Source: an uncultured delta proteobacterium
GTDB taxonomy: Bacteria > Desulfobacterota > Binatia > UBA9968
Assembly: GCA_963816145.1 (NCBI GenBank)
Contig: CAWFJP010000003.1
Span: 672,001-736,000 of the forward strand
Direction: 5' to 3'
Length of the DNA stretch: 64,000 nt
Part shown: piece by piece, positions 21,062 to 30,957 of the stretch
Numbering within the stretch: position 1 is the first letter of the stretch
How the letters are laid out: each line of letters opens with the position of its first letter
Notes under the pieces: generated by a model
What the model saw: only the letters and a program-made list of their open reading frames with translations
The model's database searches: none
What the model was told of the DNA's origin: nothing
Translations under genes and position numbers: made by a program

Positions 21062-21481
21062 ATGGACATCGCAACCGCACAGAAATTCTTGCAAGAAAAT
21101 CATCGCGCCTGCATCGCCGTCAGACAAAAGGACGGCCTGCCGCAAATGACCCTGGTGACGCCCGGCATCGACGCCGAAGGGCGAGTCATCCTTACCTCAC
21201 GCGGCACGACCTATAAAGTGAAACACCTGCGCCGCGACCCGCGCGTCTCCATGCTCGTCTTCGGCGAACAATACAGCGGCTCGAAGTTCGTGCAGATTCA
21301 CGGCACGGCGGAGATCGTCGACCTGCCGCAAGCGATGGACGGGCTGATCTATTGGTATAAGCAAGTGCGCGGCGAGCACAAAAACTGGGAAGACTACAAA
21401 AAACAAATGGCCGACGAAAAACGCGTTCTCGTCCGTATCAACATCGAAAAAGTCGGGCCGCAAAGCGTGAAGAGGATTTAG
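21062..21481 (+). CDS. PPOX-class (pyridoxamine 5'-phosphate oxidase-like, possibly F420-dependent) oxidoreductase
   Basis: DG.PQ, KVKHLRRDPRVS, GTAEIV; RBS GAGGAG. Confidence 0.85.
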   Translation: MDIATAQKFLQENHRACIAVRQKDGLPQMTLVTPGIDAEGRVILTSRGTTYKVKHLRRDPRVSMLVFGEQYSGSKFVQIHGTAEIVDLPQAMDGLIYWYKQVRGEHKNWEDYKKQMADEKRVLVRINIEKVGPQSVKRI

Positions 21482-21492
21482 CCACAAAGAGC

Positions 21493-21691
21493 CTAGCGCG
21501 GCACAGCCGCAACCAAGACTTGGAATATCTCCCGCCAAGGCGCCAAGTCCGCAAAGTTCGGAGGATAACGGTGAAAACCGTTCTTAGGAATTATTATTTT
21601 CCCCGCCAAACTTGGCGACTTTGCGCCTTGGCGGGATAAATTTCTGAATTCGAGTATTTTCGCTATCCGCGCAAATTTCGAGATATACTAG
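21493..21691. mobile_element. CTAG-flanked non-coding insert nested in a CACAAAG repeat
   Basis: CTAG at 21493-21496 and 21688-21691; internal CGCCAAG inverted pair at 21529-21637. Confidence 0.5.
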
Positions 21692-21756
21692 TACATGGTT
21701 CACAAAGTATCAAAACCGATACCGCCCTTTTGTGACCCTTGTGGTGAATTCTTCTC

Positions 21757-22743
21757 TTACTCCCCTGCGCGGAGCCGTTGCCGATCATGCGGCAAATCGA
21801 GGTGGCTCATGTCCGGGCCGATCGGCACGATGCCGGTGGGGTTGACGTTTCTCTGGCTATAGTAACCCGCCTTGGTCTTCTGTAAATCGAACGTTCCTTT
21901 GATTCCCGGCCACTGGTACAGCTCGCGCAAGTAATTCACCAGATTCGGATAGTCCTGCACGCGCCGCAGGTTGCATTTGAAGTGACCGTGATAGACCGGG
22001 TCGAAACGCAGTAGGGTCGGAAAAGCGCGCCAGTCGGCCTCGGTGATGCGGTCCCCCGCCAGATACCGCCGATCGCTCAACCATTGCTCCATCTGATCTA
22101 AACAGCTAAATACCTTCTTCACCGCTTCATCGTAAGCTTCCTGGCTGCGCGCAAAACCGGCGCGATAGACGCCGTTGTTGAAATGGCTGTAGACCAGCTC
22201 GTTGATTTTATCGATCTCGCCGCGCAGTAGGTCCGGATAGAAATCGTAGCTGACAGGCGTATGGTTGCGGAACCCGCTGTTGAACATGCGGATGATTTCC
22301 GACGATTCGTTGTTGACGATGGTGCGCCGCTCACGGTCCCAGAGAGTCGGCACGGTGACTTTGCCGGTGTAGCTGGCATCCGCCGCGGCATAGACTTGAT
22401 GGAGGCGAAACACGCCGTCAGCTTCGGGTTGGAAGTCGTCGATCGGTTCCGAATAGGCCCACCCCGCGATCTTCGGTTTATCGGCCAGAGACATCGAAAC
22501 CACACCTTCCAACTGCTTTAACTTGCGAAAGATGATCGATCGATGGGCCCAGGGACAGTTGTAGGAGACAAAAAGATGATAACGGCCCGGCTCGGCTTTG
22601 AAGCCGCCGCTGCCGGAAGGTCCGGCGCTGCCATCGGCAGTCACCCAATTGCGGAACTGCGAGTCCGCGCGCACAAAAGCGCCGCGCACATCGGCGCTGA
22701 CCCGGTCGTCATCGTCCCACTTGCCGTTTGCCATGTGCCCCAT
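21757..22743 (-). CDS. Glutathionyl-hydroquinone reductase (YqjG/ECM4-like GST)
   Basis: CPWAHR, TVPTLWD, IVNNESSEIIRM, NNGVYRAGFA, NPTGIVP. Confidence 0.92.
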   Translation of the reverse strand: MGHMANGKWDDDDRVSADVRGAFVRADSQFRNWVTADGSAGPSGSGGFKAEPGRYHLFVSYNCPWAHRSIIFRKLKQLEGVVSMSLADKPKIAGWAYSEPIDDFQPEADGVFRLHQVYAAADASYTGKVTVPTLWDRERRTIVNNESSEIIRMFNSGFRNHTPVSYDFYPDLLRGEIDKINELVYSHFNNGVYRAGFARSQEAYDEAVKKVFSCLDQMEQWLSDRRYLAGDRITEADWRAFPTLLRFDPVYHGHFKCNLRRVQDYPNLVNYLRELYQWPGIKGTFDLQKTKAGYYSQRNVNPTGIVPIGPDMSHLDLPHDRQRLRAGE

Positions 22744-22913
22744 ACCAATTCTCCTATCCTGCAAAGTTTACTCTTAACAAAATCGGGCCACCGCTGAAAG
22801 TCAAATGCTTGTTCGCTCGTCAACACCTCGTGACAGGAAATTTAAAAACGGGATATTGCCACATTGACACCAGATTCTAAGTTCTGCGATAAACAGAACA
22901 GATGAGGTAAAAC

Positions 22914-23861
22914 ATGCAATCCGTAGGATTCATCGGCCTGGGTAATATGGGCGGGCCGGTCGCAGGACATATCCAGCGCGCCGGATTTCCGATGATTGTG
23001 TGCGATCTGCGCGCGGAAGCCATGAGACCGTTTCGCGAGCGCGGAGCGAAGGTCGTCGATTCAATTGCCGAGCTTGCCAACCGCAGCGACATTATCATGA
23101 CCGCTTTGCCGATGCCCCATGACGTCGAGAAAGTAGCGACAGCAATTCTCGAAGGGATAAAACCGGCGGCGATCTATATCGACATCTCAACCAACCCGCC
23201 TTCGCTGATGCGCAGCTTTGAATCGAGATTTGCCGCCAAAGGCGCTCACCTCCTCGACGCGCCAGTGGCGTCGGGGCAACCCGGCGCAGCGCGCGGCATT
23301 CACGAAGTGATGGTAGGCGGTGAAAAAACCGTCTTCGAGCGCGCCAAGCCGGTGCTCGACGCCTTCGGCGATCAAGTGATATACGCCGGACCGCTCGGCT
23401 CGGGAAGTATTTGCAAGCTCGTCCATCAAATGATCAACAGCACCGTCGCACAGGCGATTGCCGAAGGGCTTACTCTCGGCGTCAAAGCCGGCGTCGACAC
23501 GGTCGCGCTGTGGGAATGCGTGCGCCGTGGAATGGTCGGGCGCATGCATGTGCTGCACAGCCAGGTGCCGCAAAATGTTTTTCGCAACGACTATGCAACC
23601 GACACATTTCCGCTCAAGCTACTGCGCAAAGATATCGCGCTCGCGACCGCCTTGGGCCGCGGCCTCAATGTCTCCCTACCGTTGGCGAACATCGCCGAGC
23701 AAACACTCATCGAGGCGATGAATCGCGGATGGGGCGATCAATCCGCCTACACGGTATCGTTCAAACTTCAGGAAGAAGCGGCGCGAGTGGCGCTGCGCGC
23801 CGAGGGGGTCGACCCGCAAAAAGCTGGCCGGTATATTTCGACGAATCCCAAGGTCGAATGA
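22914..23861 (+). CDS. NAD(P)-dependent oxidoreductase (3-hydroxyisobutyrate dehydrogenase family)
   Basis: GFIGLGNMG, DAPV, CKLVHQ, KDI. Confidence 0.9.
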   Translation: MQSVGFIGLGNMGGPVAGHIQRAGFPMIVCDLRAEAMRPFRERGAKVVDSIAELANRSDIIMTALPMPHDVEKVATAILEGIKPAAIYIDISTNPPSLMRSFESRFAAKGAHLLDAPVASGQPGAARGIHEVMVGGEKTVFERAKPVLDAFGDQVIYAGPLGSGSICKLVHQMINSTVAQAIAEGLTLGVKAGVDTVALWECVRRGMVGRMHVLHSQVPQNVFRNDYATDTFPLKLLRKDIALATALGRGLNVSLPLANIAEQTLIEAMNRGWGDQSAYTVSFKLQEEAARVALRAEGVDPQKAGRYISTNPKVE

Positions 23862-23899
23862 AGAGGTTCCAAACGCTCAAGCCGTTCAAATCGCTCAAA

Positions 23900-23966
23900 C
23901 CCCCACCTCTTTCCTCCCCCGCATCGCGGGGGAGGATGAAGGAGGGGGGATTGAACGACTTGAACA
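23900..23966. repeat. CCTCCCCCGC-loop-GCGGGGGAGG hairpin repeat with TTGAAC tails (also 58664-58730; interrupted copy 47389-47604)
   Basis: Near-identical copies CCCCACCTCTTTCCTCCCCCGC-NNN-GCGGGGGAGGATGAAGGAGGGGG. Confidence 0.85.
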
Positions 23967-23981
23967 TCTCCGGAGGTTTTA

Positions 23982-25115
23982 ATGGCGAAACAGGGCTTCA
24001 AAGTACTGGACAGTGACATGCACATCCTCGAGCCAGCCGATCTTTGGCAGCGCTATACCGACGCAAAGTTCAAGCACCGCGCACCGGTGGGCATGACCGA
24101 TCACGTGCGCGACTTGCGCCTCGTCGGCCCCGACGGCAAGGCCTGGGGGCGTCCCGTCGACCCGCCGCCTGGAACACTGCCGCCACCCGGCCATATTTTC
24201 CACAAGAACCAGAAACTGTTTAAGACACACAACCAGCGCGGTTGGTCGTCGCAGGTGCAGCTCGACGCCATGGCGGAGGAAGGTATCGACGTCGCGATTC
24301 TTTACCCGAGCCGCGGCTTGAACCTGCTCAGCGTGCCCGACTTAGAGCCGGCATTCGCTGCCGCGCTCGCGCGCGCCTATAACGATTGGCTTTACGAATT
24401 CTGTCGGGCCGATCCCGGCAAAATGGTCGGCGCCGGCATGATCTCGCCTTTCGATATTGGCAGTGCGATCCAAGAAGCGGAACGCTGCGTCAAACAGTTG
24501 GGCTTCCGCGCAATTTTTCTGCGCGCCAATATCGTCAACGGCCATAACTGGCACGAGCCCTACTACGAGCCGCTGTGGTCCGCCTTGGAAGAGTTCGGCG
24601 TGCCGCTGGGATTTCACGAAGCGAACAATTCAATGGCGCGCCAGACCGGCGACAACTTCGGCTACGACTTCATGCTGCGCCACACCTATGCCCATCCGGT
24701 CGAGCAGATGCTCGCCGTGGGGGCATTTTGTGGCGGCGGAATTTTGGATCGCCACCCGAAATTGAAAGTCGCTTTCCTCGAAGGCAACTGCGGATGGCTG
24801 CCGTTTCTGCTCTGGCGTTTGGACGAACATTGGGAACAATACGGCGATCAGTGGGCGCCAAACGTGCAGAACTCGCCGAGTTTTTATTTCAAACGCCAAG
24901 GCTACGCCTCGGTCGAGTGCGACGAAGAGCCGGTCAAATACACCATCGACTTTCTCGGCAATGAACGGCTGGTTTTCTCCACCGACTTTCCCCATGTCGA
25001 CACCAAGTATCCCCATGCGGTGGAGCGGTTTCTCGAACTGCCGATCACCGATGATGACAAACGGAAAATTCTCTGGGACAACTGCGCGGCTTATTACGGC
25101 ATGACGGGACTGTAG
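23982..25115 (+). CDS. Amidohydrolase family protein
   Basis: LDSDMH, RAYNDWL, GFHE, FLEGN, FSTDFPH. Confidence 0.9.
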   Translation: MAKQGFKVLDSDMHILEPADLWQRYTDAKFKHRAPVGMTDHVRDLRLVGPDGKAWGRPVDPPPGTLPPPGHIFHKNQKLFKTHNQRGWSSQVQLDAMAEEGIDVAILYPSRGLNLLSVPDLEPAFAAALARAYNDWLYEFCRADPGKMVGAGMISPFDIGSAIQEAERCVKQLGFRAIFLRANIVNGHNWHEPYYEPLWSALEEFGVPLGFHEANNSMARQTGDNFGYDFMLRHTYAHPVEQMLAVGAFCGGGILDRHPKLKVAFLEGNCGWLPFLLWRLDEHWEQYGDQWAPNVQNSPSFYFKRQGYASVECDEEPVKYTIDFLGNERLVFSTDFPHVDTKYPHAVERFLELPITDDDKRKILWDNCAAYYGMTGL

Positions 25116-25162
25116 GGGGAAGATGATCAATTTGCTCAGAACATTCAGCGCATCCGAGTTTT

Positions 25163-25221
25163 GTAGAAGCAGCCCCCCGTGCCTGCCCTCCGGATGGGCA
25201 ACCACAGGGAGTTGCCCCTAC
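25163..25221. repeat. GTAG-type REP doublet, second family
   Basis: GTAGAAGCAGCCCCCCGTGCCTGCCC facing GGGCAACCACAGGGAGTTGCCCCTAC. Confidence 0.7.
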
Positions 25222-25227
25222 ATTGTG

Positions 25228-26193
25228 ATGCAGGTCGTACGCGGTGCCGCGCGGTTTTTTCTGCCGCTGGTCGTCCTATTTGGCGGCGCAATAATTTCTG
25301 AACATGTCCATGCCGCCGAACCGTCAAACAAAGTGCGTATCGGCTATCCATCCTCAGCGGTCTCGACGCTGCCCTTTGACATCGCCAAAGAAAAAGGCTT
25401 CTACGCTAAAGCCGGACTCGACGTCGAATACATCCAGATGCGCAGCGCCCTCGGCCCGCAGGCGATCCTCAATGGCAACATCCAATTCTTCACCTCGCCG
25501 CAATCGGCGATCAACGCCGCCGTGGCCGGCTTGCCGTTGGTCGTCGTGCTGTCGCTCTACCGCGATACACCCTGGGTATTGGTGACGACCAAGGAGATCA
25601 ACAAAACCCAGGATCTAATCGGCAAGCGTCTCGCCATCTCCGACATCCGCTCTTCGCCCTATTATTTTGCCCGCGCCGGACTCCGTAAACTTGGGCTGGA
25701 AGAAAAACAAGTAAGCCTGGTCACCACCGGCGGCACGTCGAACAGCTTCGCTACTCTAACCACGAATCAAGTGGCTGGCGCGGTCTTGAGCCCGCCGTTC
25801 GACGAGAAAGCAGTCTCGCTCGGCTACAAGAAGTTTCTCTTCTTGGGTGACCTAGCGGATATTCCCTACGTCGGTCTATTTACCTCGCAGGCGGAAATCC
25901 GCGCCAACCGCGAGCGCATTCGCCGCACCATCGCCGCCGTCATGAACGCCATCGATTGGCAAAAGAACAACCGCACCGAAGCGATCAAAATGATCGCCTC
26001 TCGTTACAAGATCAGCCCCGGCGAGGCTGAACGCTCCTACGACACCATGGTTGCGATCTTATCGCCCGATGGCGCCATCAATATGAAAAAAGTCCGCGGC
26101 TACTTGGATCTCCTGCGCGAAGAGCGGCCGGTACCCGAAAGCTTCGACGCTGACAAGCTGGTGGATTTCTCCATGCTGCCGGGTGCGCGCTAG
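25228..26193 (+). CDS. SsuA/THI5-like substrate-binding protein
   Basis: IAKEKGFYAKAGLDV; start moved downstream of the REP doublet. Confidence 0.85.
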   Translation: MQVVRGAARFFLPLVVLFGGAIISEHVHAAEPSNKVRIGYPSSAVSTLPFDIAKEKGFYAKAGLDVEYIQMRSALGPQAILNGNIQFFTSPQSAINAAVAGLPLVVVLSLYRDTPWVLVTTKEINKTQDLIGKRLAISDIRSSPYYFARAGLRKLGLEEKQVSLVTTGGTSNSFATLTTNQVAGAVLSPPFDEKAVSLGYKKFLFLGDLADIPYVGLFTSQAEIRANRERIRRTIAAVMNAIDWQKNNRTEAIKMIASRYKISPGEAERSYDTMVAILSPDGAINMKKVRGYLDLLREERPVPESFDADKLVDFSMLPGAR

Positions 26194-26250
26194 CCCCGCC
26201 GACGCGCCACTTGCAATGCCGCCTCAAGGTTGTCAGCATCAAGCTGTATG

Positions 26251-26739
26251 ATGGAAAAAGGGTTGGCGTTTGCATTGGCGTTGCTCATTCTGGCTGGGTA
26301 CGAACAACTTGGGGCGGCCGCCGACCCATCGCAAGAAGTCTTGCAGGAGTCGAGTAAAGCCCGCCAGGAACAGCAGGCCAAAGAACTAAAAGCCAAGGAG
26401 CAGGTGGAGCAGTTAAAGCGCGACCAGCAGGTGACGGAAGCCCAACAAAAACTAGATCAGATCAAACAGCAAAAGGCCGAACCAGCGGGCGCACAAAACC
26501 CCCAAGCCGGCCAAACGCAGCAACAGCTCGATCGAATAAAAAACGACCAGCAACTGCAGCGCCTGCAAACCGACCGACAGCTGCGCAGCATCGAACAAGA
26601 AAAAGATCCGCTGCGCCAGCAACAACAGCTCAACGAACTCCAGCGCCAACAACAAATCCGCTCTTTGCAGGAGCAGATCCAACGCAATCAAATCCAGCAG
26701 GATATGGATAGGCTGCGGCAGCAGCAGAATCTTCGCTAA
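26251..26739 (+). CDS. Secreted glutamine-rich coiled-coil protein
   Basis: Signal peptide; about 44 Gln in 162 aa by hand count; repeated QQxLDxI/L units. Confidence 0.7.
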   Translation: MEKGLAFALALLILAGYEQLGAAADPSQEVLQESSKARQEQQAKELKAKEQVEQLKRDQQVTEAQQKLDQIKQQKAEPAGAQNPQAGQTQQQLDRIKNDQQLQRLQTDRQLRSIEQEKDPLRQQQQLNELQRQQQIRSLQEQIQRNQIQQDMDRLRQQQNLR

Positions 26740-26809
26740 CTGTTCAGATCGTGCCGGCCGACATTCGGTTTCTCAGCCAAGGGATAAAGCAATGTCGATG
26801 GTTTATTCC

Positions 26810-26890
26810 GTCATTGCAGCGCAAGCCGGAATCGTGGAGTTTTTCATCGGAAAAAAGACAAAGTTGGATACCGGCTTGCGCCGGTATGAC
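26810..26890. repeat. dRS3-like palindrome pair
   Basis: GTCATTGCAGCGCAAGCCGGAATC facing GATACCGGCTTGCGCCGGTATGAC. Confidence 0.7.
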
Positions 26891-26965
26891 GGAACGCTTT
26901 CGCAGGCTTCGTAGAATTGGGTTAAGCTCCAGCGAAAGCCAGCGATTCTTACGCTACCAATTCGA

Positions 26966-28078
26966 TTACCCCGTCAGCGTCTCCTTCAACCACTGGACAA
27001 TCACCGCCTGCGAGTTGCCGCCACCCATATGCCCACCGGCATAGAGACGGGACGATTTCGGCTTGCCATGTTCGAACAACAAATACATGTCGGCGATCGG
27101 AAAGACGCTGTCTTTGACGCCATTGACACAGAGTAGCGGCGCGCAGGGCTGGTCGAGTAGACCTTGATCGAGCAACGACAGTTTGGGCGCGTATTCGATC
27201 CATTCCTCGGCGGTAGATCGGCCGAAGGCGCAGGCCAAAGTCTCCGCCAACTCAAAGGGATACTCGCCGTGCTGGGCTTTGACGATCCAATCTTTTTGAA
27301 AAGCGAAATGCGCCGGGCCACCTTGATTCACCGCCGCGCGCAACCGGTGATGATGCGTATGCGCAACCTTGGTTGCCCAGTATCCGCCGGTGCTGCCGCC
27401 GTGAATCCCAACACGGCTCGAATCCAACTCAGGCCGGCTGGCAATGTAATCGAAAACCGCATCCCACAAGCGTTCGGCGTCCTCCGAGCCGGCCAGCGGC
27501 GCGTCGGCGACACCTGGCATGTCGATGGAAAGAGACGCCAAACCGGCGGCGAGATAAGGCTCACTGGGCCGCTCTTCTTTGAACGCGTCGATACCGCCCC
27601 ACAGCACCACCACCGGCGGCTTCACCACGCCCTTCGGCTTGCGCAACAGGGCCACCGAGACTGCGCCTTCGCCAGGCCGCCCTTGGAACGGCATCTCGAT
27701 CCGCTCCACCGGCGGATCGAAGTAGCGCGCCGCTTTGAGAAACAGTTCTTGGGATCTGCGATAGGCCGCCAGCTTGCCCGGTGAGTTGGGCGCCGGATAG
27801 CGCGCCACATGGTTGTAATCGTACGCGATCAGATACTCCTTCATAGCCGTCTGCGTATCCGCCGCCGCTTGCGCTTTGGCCGCGCTCTCTTCGTGGGGCG
27901 CGGCGAGCGCGCTGAAAGCTTTTGCCCACTCCTCCCGATCGACCGAGCGCAGTCCATGGATCACCGGCGCGACTTCATTGTAGATCGTGTAAAGAAACGG
28001 ATTGCGATTCTCTGTGGCCCGCCCCAATAACTCGCTCTTTACTTCGTCCATCGGCCGCGGTGCAAATGAATTTGCCAT
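26966..28078 (-). CDS. Alpha/beta hydrolase (FrsA / dihydroxypseudooxynicotine hydrolase-like)
   Basis: GGIDAFKE, DMPG, nucleophile GGSTGG, C-terminal Asp and His. Confidence 0.85.
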   Translation of the reverse strand: MANSFAPRPMDEVKSELLGRATENRNPFLYTIYNEVAPVIHGLRSVDREEWAKAFSALAAPHEESAAKAQAAADTQTAMKEYLIAYDYNHVARYPAPNSPGKLAAYRRSQELFLKAARYFDPPVERIEMPFQGRPGEGAVSVALLRKPKGVVKPPVVVLWGGIDAFKEERPSEPYLAAGLASLSIDMPGVADAPLAGSEDAERLWDAVFDYIASRPELDSSRVGIHGGSTGGYWATKVAHTHHHRLRAAVNQGGPAHFAFQKDWIVKAQHGEYPFELAETLACAFGRSTAEEWIEYAPKLSLLDQGLLDQPCAPLLCVNGVKDSVFPIADMYLLFEHGKPKSSRLYAGGHMGGGNSQAVIVQWLKETLTG

Positions 28079-28319
28079 GCTCGACCCTCCATCCTCGATC
28101 AACAAAACACTTTAGCGACACTAGCCGAAGCGAGAAAGCCAAGTCAACGCCCACAAGATCAGTTGCCCGGTGACGTTGACAGTGTTCACAGTCTATAGGA
28201 CAAATGCACTTGGATGGCTTTCGAAGCGAACAATCAAGCGTGTTATCCGGTCAATCGGCGGCGGTTGCCGGCGCCGAGACGATTCCCGCAGCCGGGCAAT
28301 TCGACACGTACGCGATCTG

Positions 28320-29078
28320 ATGGGCCGATTGCTGCCGCCGTTTGTGGCAGTCGCCAGCGTCGTCGGTATCTGGTGGCTGCTCTATCTGATCTACCCGCGC
28401 CTGCTGCCGAGCCCGATGAGTACGTTCAGGGAAGCGATTCGCCTCGTGAGCGACGGTTCGTTTTTCTTTCACATGTCCCAGAGCCTGCGCCGGGTCTTCG
28501 TCGGCGCCACGGTCGCGATGATCTTTAGCGTCGCCGTCGGCATCTACATGGGCACGGTGCGCCTGGGCGAGCATTTCTTTCAGCCGCTGGTGGTCTTGGG
28601 GTTGACGATTCCTGGGCTCATGTGGGCGCTCATCGCCGTCATGCTGTTCGGCATCAACGAGTTCGCTTCCTATTTCGCCGTGGCGGTGACGACCTTTCCG
28701 ATGTTGGTGATCAATATTTGGGCCGGGGTGAAGTCCCTCGACAAGGAACTGATGGACATGAGCCATGTCTTTCACTTCACCAAATCGATGAAAATCACCC
28801 AGGTGATCTTGCCCCAATTGGTGTCGAACATATTCGCCGCTACGCGTTACGGTCTAGGGCTGGCGTGGAAAGTCGTCGTGGTCGTCGAGATGTTCGGCAC
28901 CAGCAACGGCGTCGGCTATCAAGTCATGAAGTCCTACCAAGTTTTCAACATGGAAGGCGTCATCGCCTGGACGCTGACCTTCGTCGTCGCCATGATCATT
29001 ATCGAATACGGCATCATCAATCTTGCCGAACGCCGGCTGACCGCCTGGCGGCCGAAGATCGACGTGTGGAGACGCTAG
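28320..29078 (+). CDS. ABC transporter permease, NitT/TauT family
   Basis: LPSP, SLRRV, multiple TM helices, AWKVVVVVEM. Confidence 0.9.
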   Translation: MGRLLPPFVAVASVVGIWWLLYLIYPRLLPSPMSTFREAIRLVSDGSFFFHMSQSLRRVFVGATVAMIFSVAVGIYMGTVRLGEHFFQPLVVLGLTIPGLMWALIAVMLFGINEFASYFAVAVTTFPMLVINIWAGVKSLDKELMDMSHVFHFTKSMKITQVILPQLVSNIFAATRYGLGLAWKVVVVVEMFGTSNGVGYQVMKSYQVFNMEGVIAWTLTFVVAMIIIEYGIINLAERRLTAWRPKIDVWRR

Positions 29079-29840
29079 ATGGCGGAGCTGGTCGTCGAGA
29101 ATATTGAGAAATGGTTTCGCCGCGAGGACGGCCAACCGTTTAAAGTCATCGACCGATTATCCTTCAATGCCAAAGAAGCTTCGGTCACCGTTTTAATCGG
29201 ACCTTCCGGGTGCGGCAAGTCGACGCTGCTCAATTCCATTGTTGGGCTTGAACGCCTCGACCGCGGTGCGTTGAAATTCGTCGATCACGGCAAGACCCAA
29301 GAGCGGCCGTTGATCGGTTATGTATTTCAAAGCCCGCGCCTGCTGCCGTGGAAGACCATCGGCGACAATTTACGCCTGGCTTTGAAAGGCGCCGGAGTCG
29401 CCGAAAGCGAGTGGGAGAAGCGGGTTCGTCACTATTTGGAACTGGTCGAACTCGAGGAATATATCAATCAATTCCCGCTCTATCTTTCCGGCGGCCAGCG
29501 GCAGCGTGTCGGACTGGCGCGCGCCTTGGCGATCGAGTCCGATCTGGTGTTGATGGACGAGCCGTTTGCCAGCGTCGATGAGCTGACCGCGCGCCAACTG
29601 CGCCAAACCACCCGGCGGCTGTGCGAGCAGCTGCACCGCACGGTATTATTTGTCACCCACAATCTCGCCGAAGCCGCCTACATGAGCGACTACGTCGTGA
29701 CGCTCACGCGGCGACCGGCGACACTCGATGCCTACGTAACGAATCCGTTACCGACGCCGCGACAATGGGGCCCGGAGATTTATGGCTTTGCCGCCGAACT
29801 CGAAACCAAAGTGACTCTCAAAGGGGAGGGAGAAACATGA
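29079..29840 (+). CDS. ABC transporter ATP-binding protein, NitT/TauT family
   Basis: GPSGCGKST, LSGGQRQR, LMDEPF, VTH. Confidence 0.95.
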   Translation: MAELVVENIEKWFRREDGQPFKVIDRLSFNAKEASVTVLIGPSGCGKSTLLNSIVGLERLDRGALKFVDHGKTQERPLIGYVFQSPRLLPWKTIGDNLRLALKGAGVAESEWEKRVRHYLELVELEEYINQFPLYLSGGQRQRVGLARALAIESDLVLMDEPFASVDELTARQLRQTTRRLCEQLHRTVLFVTHNLAEAAYMSDYVVTLTRRPATLDAYVTNPLPTPRQWGPEIYGFAAELETKVTLKGEGET

Positions 29841-30806
29841 GAATAGCAATATTTCGCTATGATCGCCGTCATTGCCTGATTGCCGCCGCCGGAAGCGACG
29901 CCGGCGCCGGCCAAGCGATTCAGCCAATCAATATCGCCACCAGTGCGTCAGGCCAATCCGGCTACGTCGCCGCGCTGATCGAGGAACAAAGGTCTCGATG
30001 TTAAGTACGGCATCAAGATCACCAATCTGATGATGGACTTCACCGAGGCCGCCAACGCCGTCAAATTGGGCCGCGCCGTCGCCAGCGCGATGCAGCCGAG
30101 CACCGCGGTCAATCTAGTCAAGAGCGGCACGGATATCCGCTTGGTCACGCCGCAAATTTGGTCCGGTAACTCTTGGGTCGTCAAGAAAGATTCACCATAC
30201 AAATCTTTCGCCGATCTCAAGGGCAAAAAGATCGGCAACTTCGCCCGCGTCACTGGTGCCTACTTTTTCTCCGCGGTCATCGCCAAGGAGCACAAGCTCG
30301 ATCTCGAAAAGGATTTTCAGAGCATACCGGCGGAGACCGGTGCCTTGATCGCGCTTCTGGAACGCGGCGACGTCGAAGCGATCAACATGTTCGAACCCCA
30401 TGTCACGCGCTTGGTCATGTCGGGCCGCTACCGCGTTCTGCTCGATTTTGATATCGCCCTGGAAGAAATCTTCGGTGCGCCACCGCTCAAATCCACCGTC
30501 GGCATGCTCAAAGAAACGGTCGAGAAGCAGCCACAGCTGGTCAAAGCCCTGCGCAGCGCCTACGCCGACGCCGTGCAAATGATCAAGAAAGGCCAGGACG
30601 AAGATTTCTTCAAGTCCAAAGCCAAGGAGTTTTTCAATCTGAGTACGCCCGATGAAGTCGCCGCCGGGATCAAGGTCAACAAAGCAAACTTCGCCGACAA
30701 ATGGGGCGACAGCTTCTTTCAATCGCAGAACAAGATTCTACAATCCGGCATCGGCCTGGGACTTCTGCCCAATATCGGCGACCTTAACGCCCTGTGGATT
30801 AAATAG
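29837..30806 (+). CDS. SsuA/THI5-like substrate-binding protein, frameshifted in its 5' part
   Basis: ATG overlaps the ATPase stop; frame change near GAGGAAC 29981-29987 joins KGLDVKYGI...DLKGKKIG. Confidence 0.8.
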
Positions 30807-30876
30807 CGTCTTTGGCTCTCTTGCCGCGCGCCCGACAAACCGTTGCGATAAGGGAGTTTTTCTGAATCTGACGATT

Positions 30877-30935
30877 TGAACAGCTTGAACATTTTGAACG
30901 ATTGGAACTTTTGGAACTCGTGGAACCACTGGAAC
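30877..30935. repeat. 9-nt periodic TTGAAC/TGGAAC repeat (also 42352-42386, 46779-46811, 47275-47380, 57347-57442, 14692-14742)
   Basis: Tandem (T/C)T(G/T)GAACnn-type units, often in inverted pairs. Confidence 0.8.
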
Positions 30936-30957
30936 CCATCGTAAGGATCATTGATGT

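Noticed and set aside
28176-28205. Possible GntR-type operator TGTTCACAGTCTATAGGACA overlapping a TTGACA promoter
   Set aside because: Single imperfect site with no regulator nearby; too weak to call.
30877-30935. Periodic repeats as a CRISPR array
   Set aside because: Units are 9 nt with no unique spacers, and there are no cas genes.
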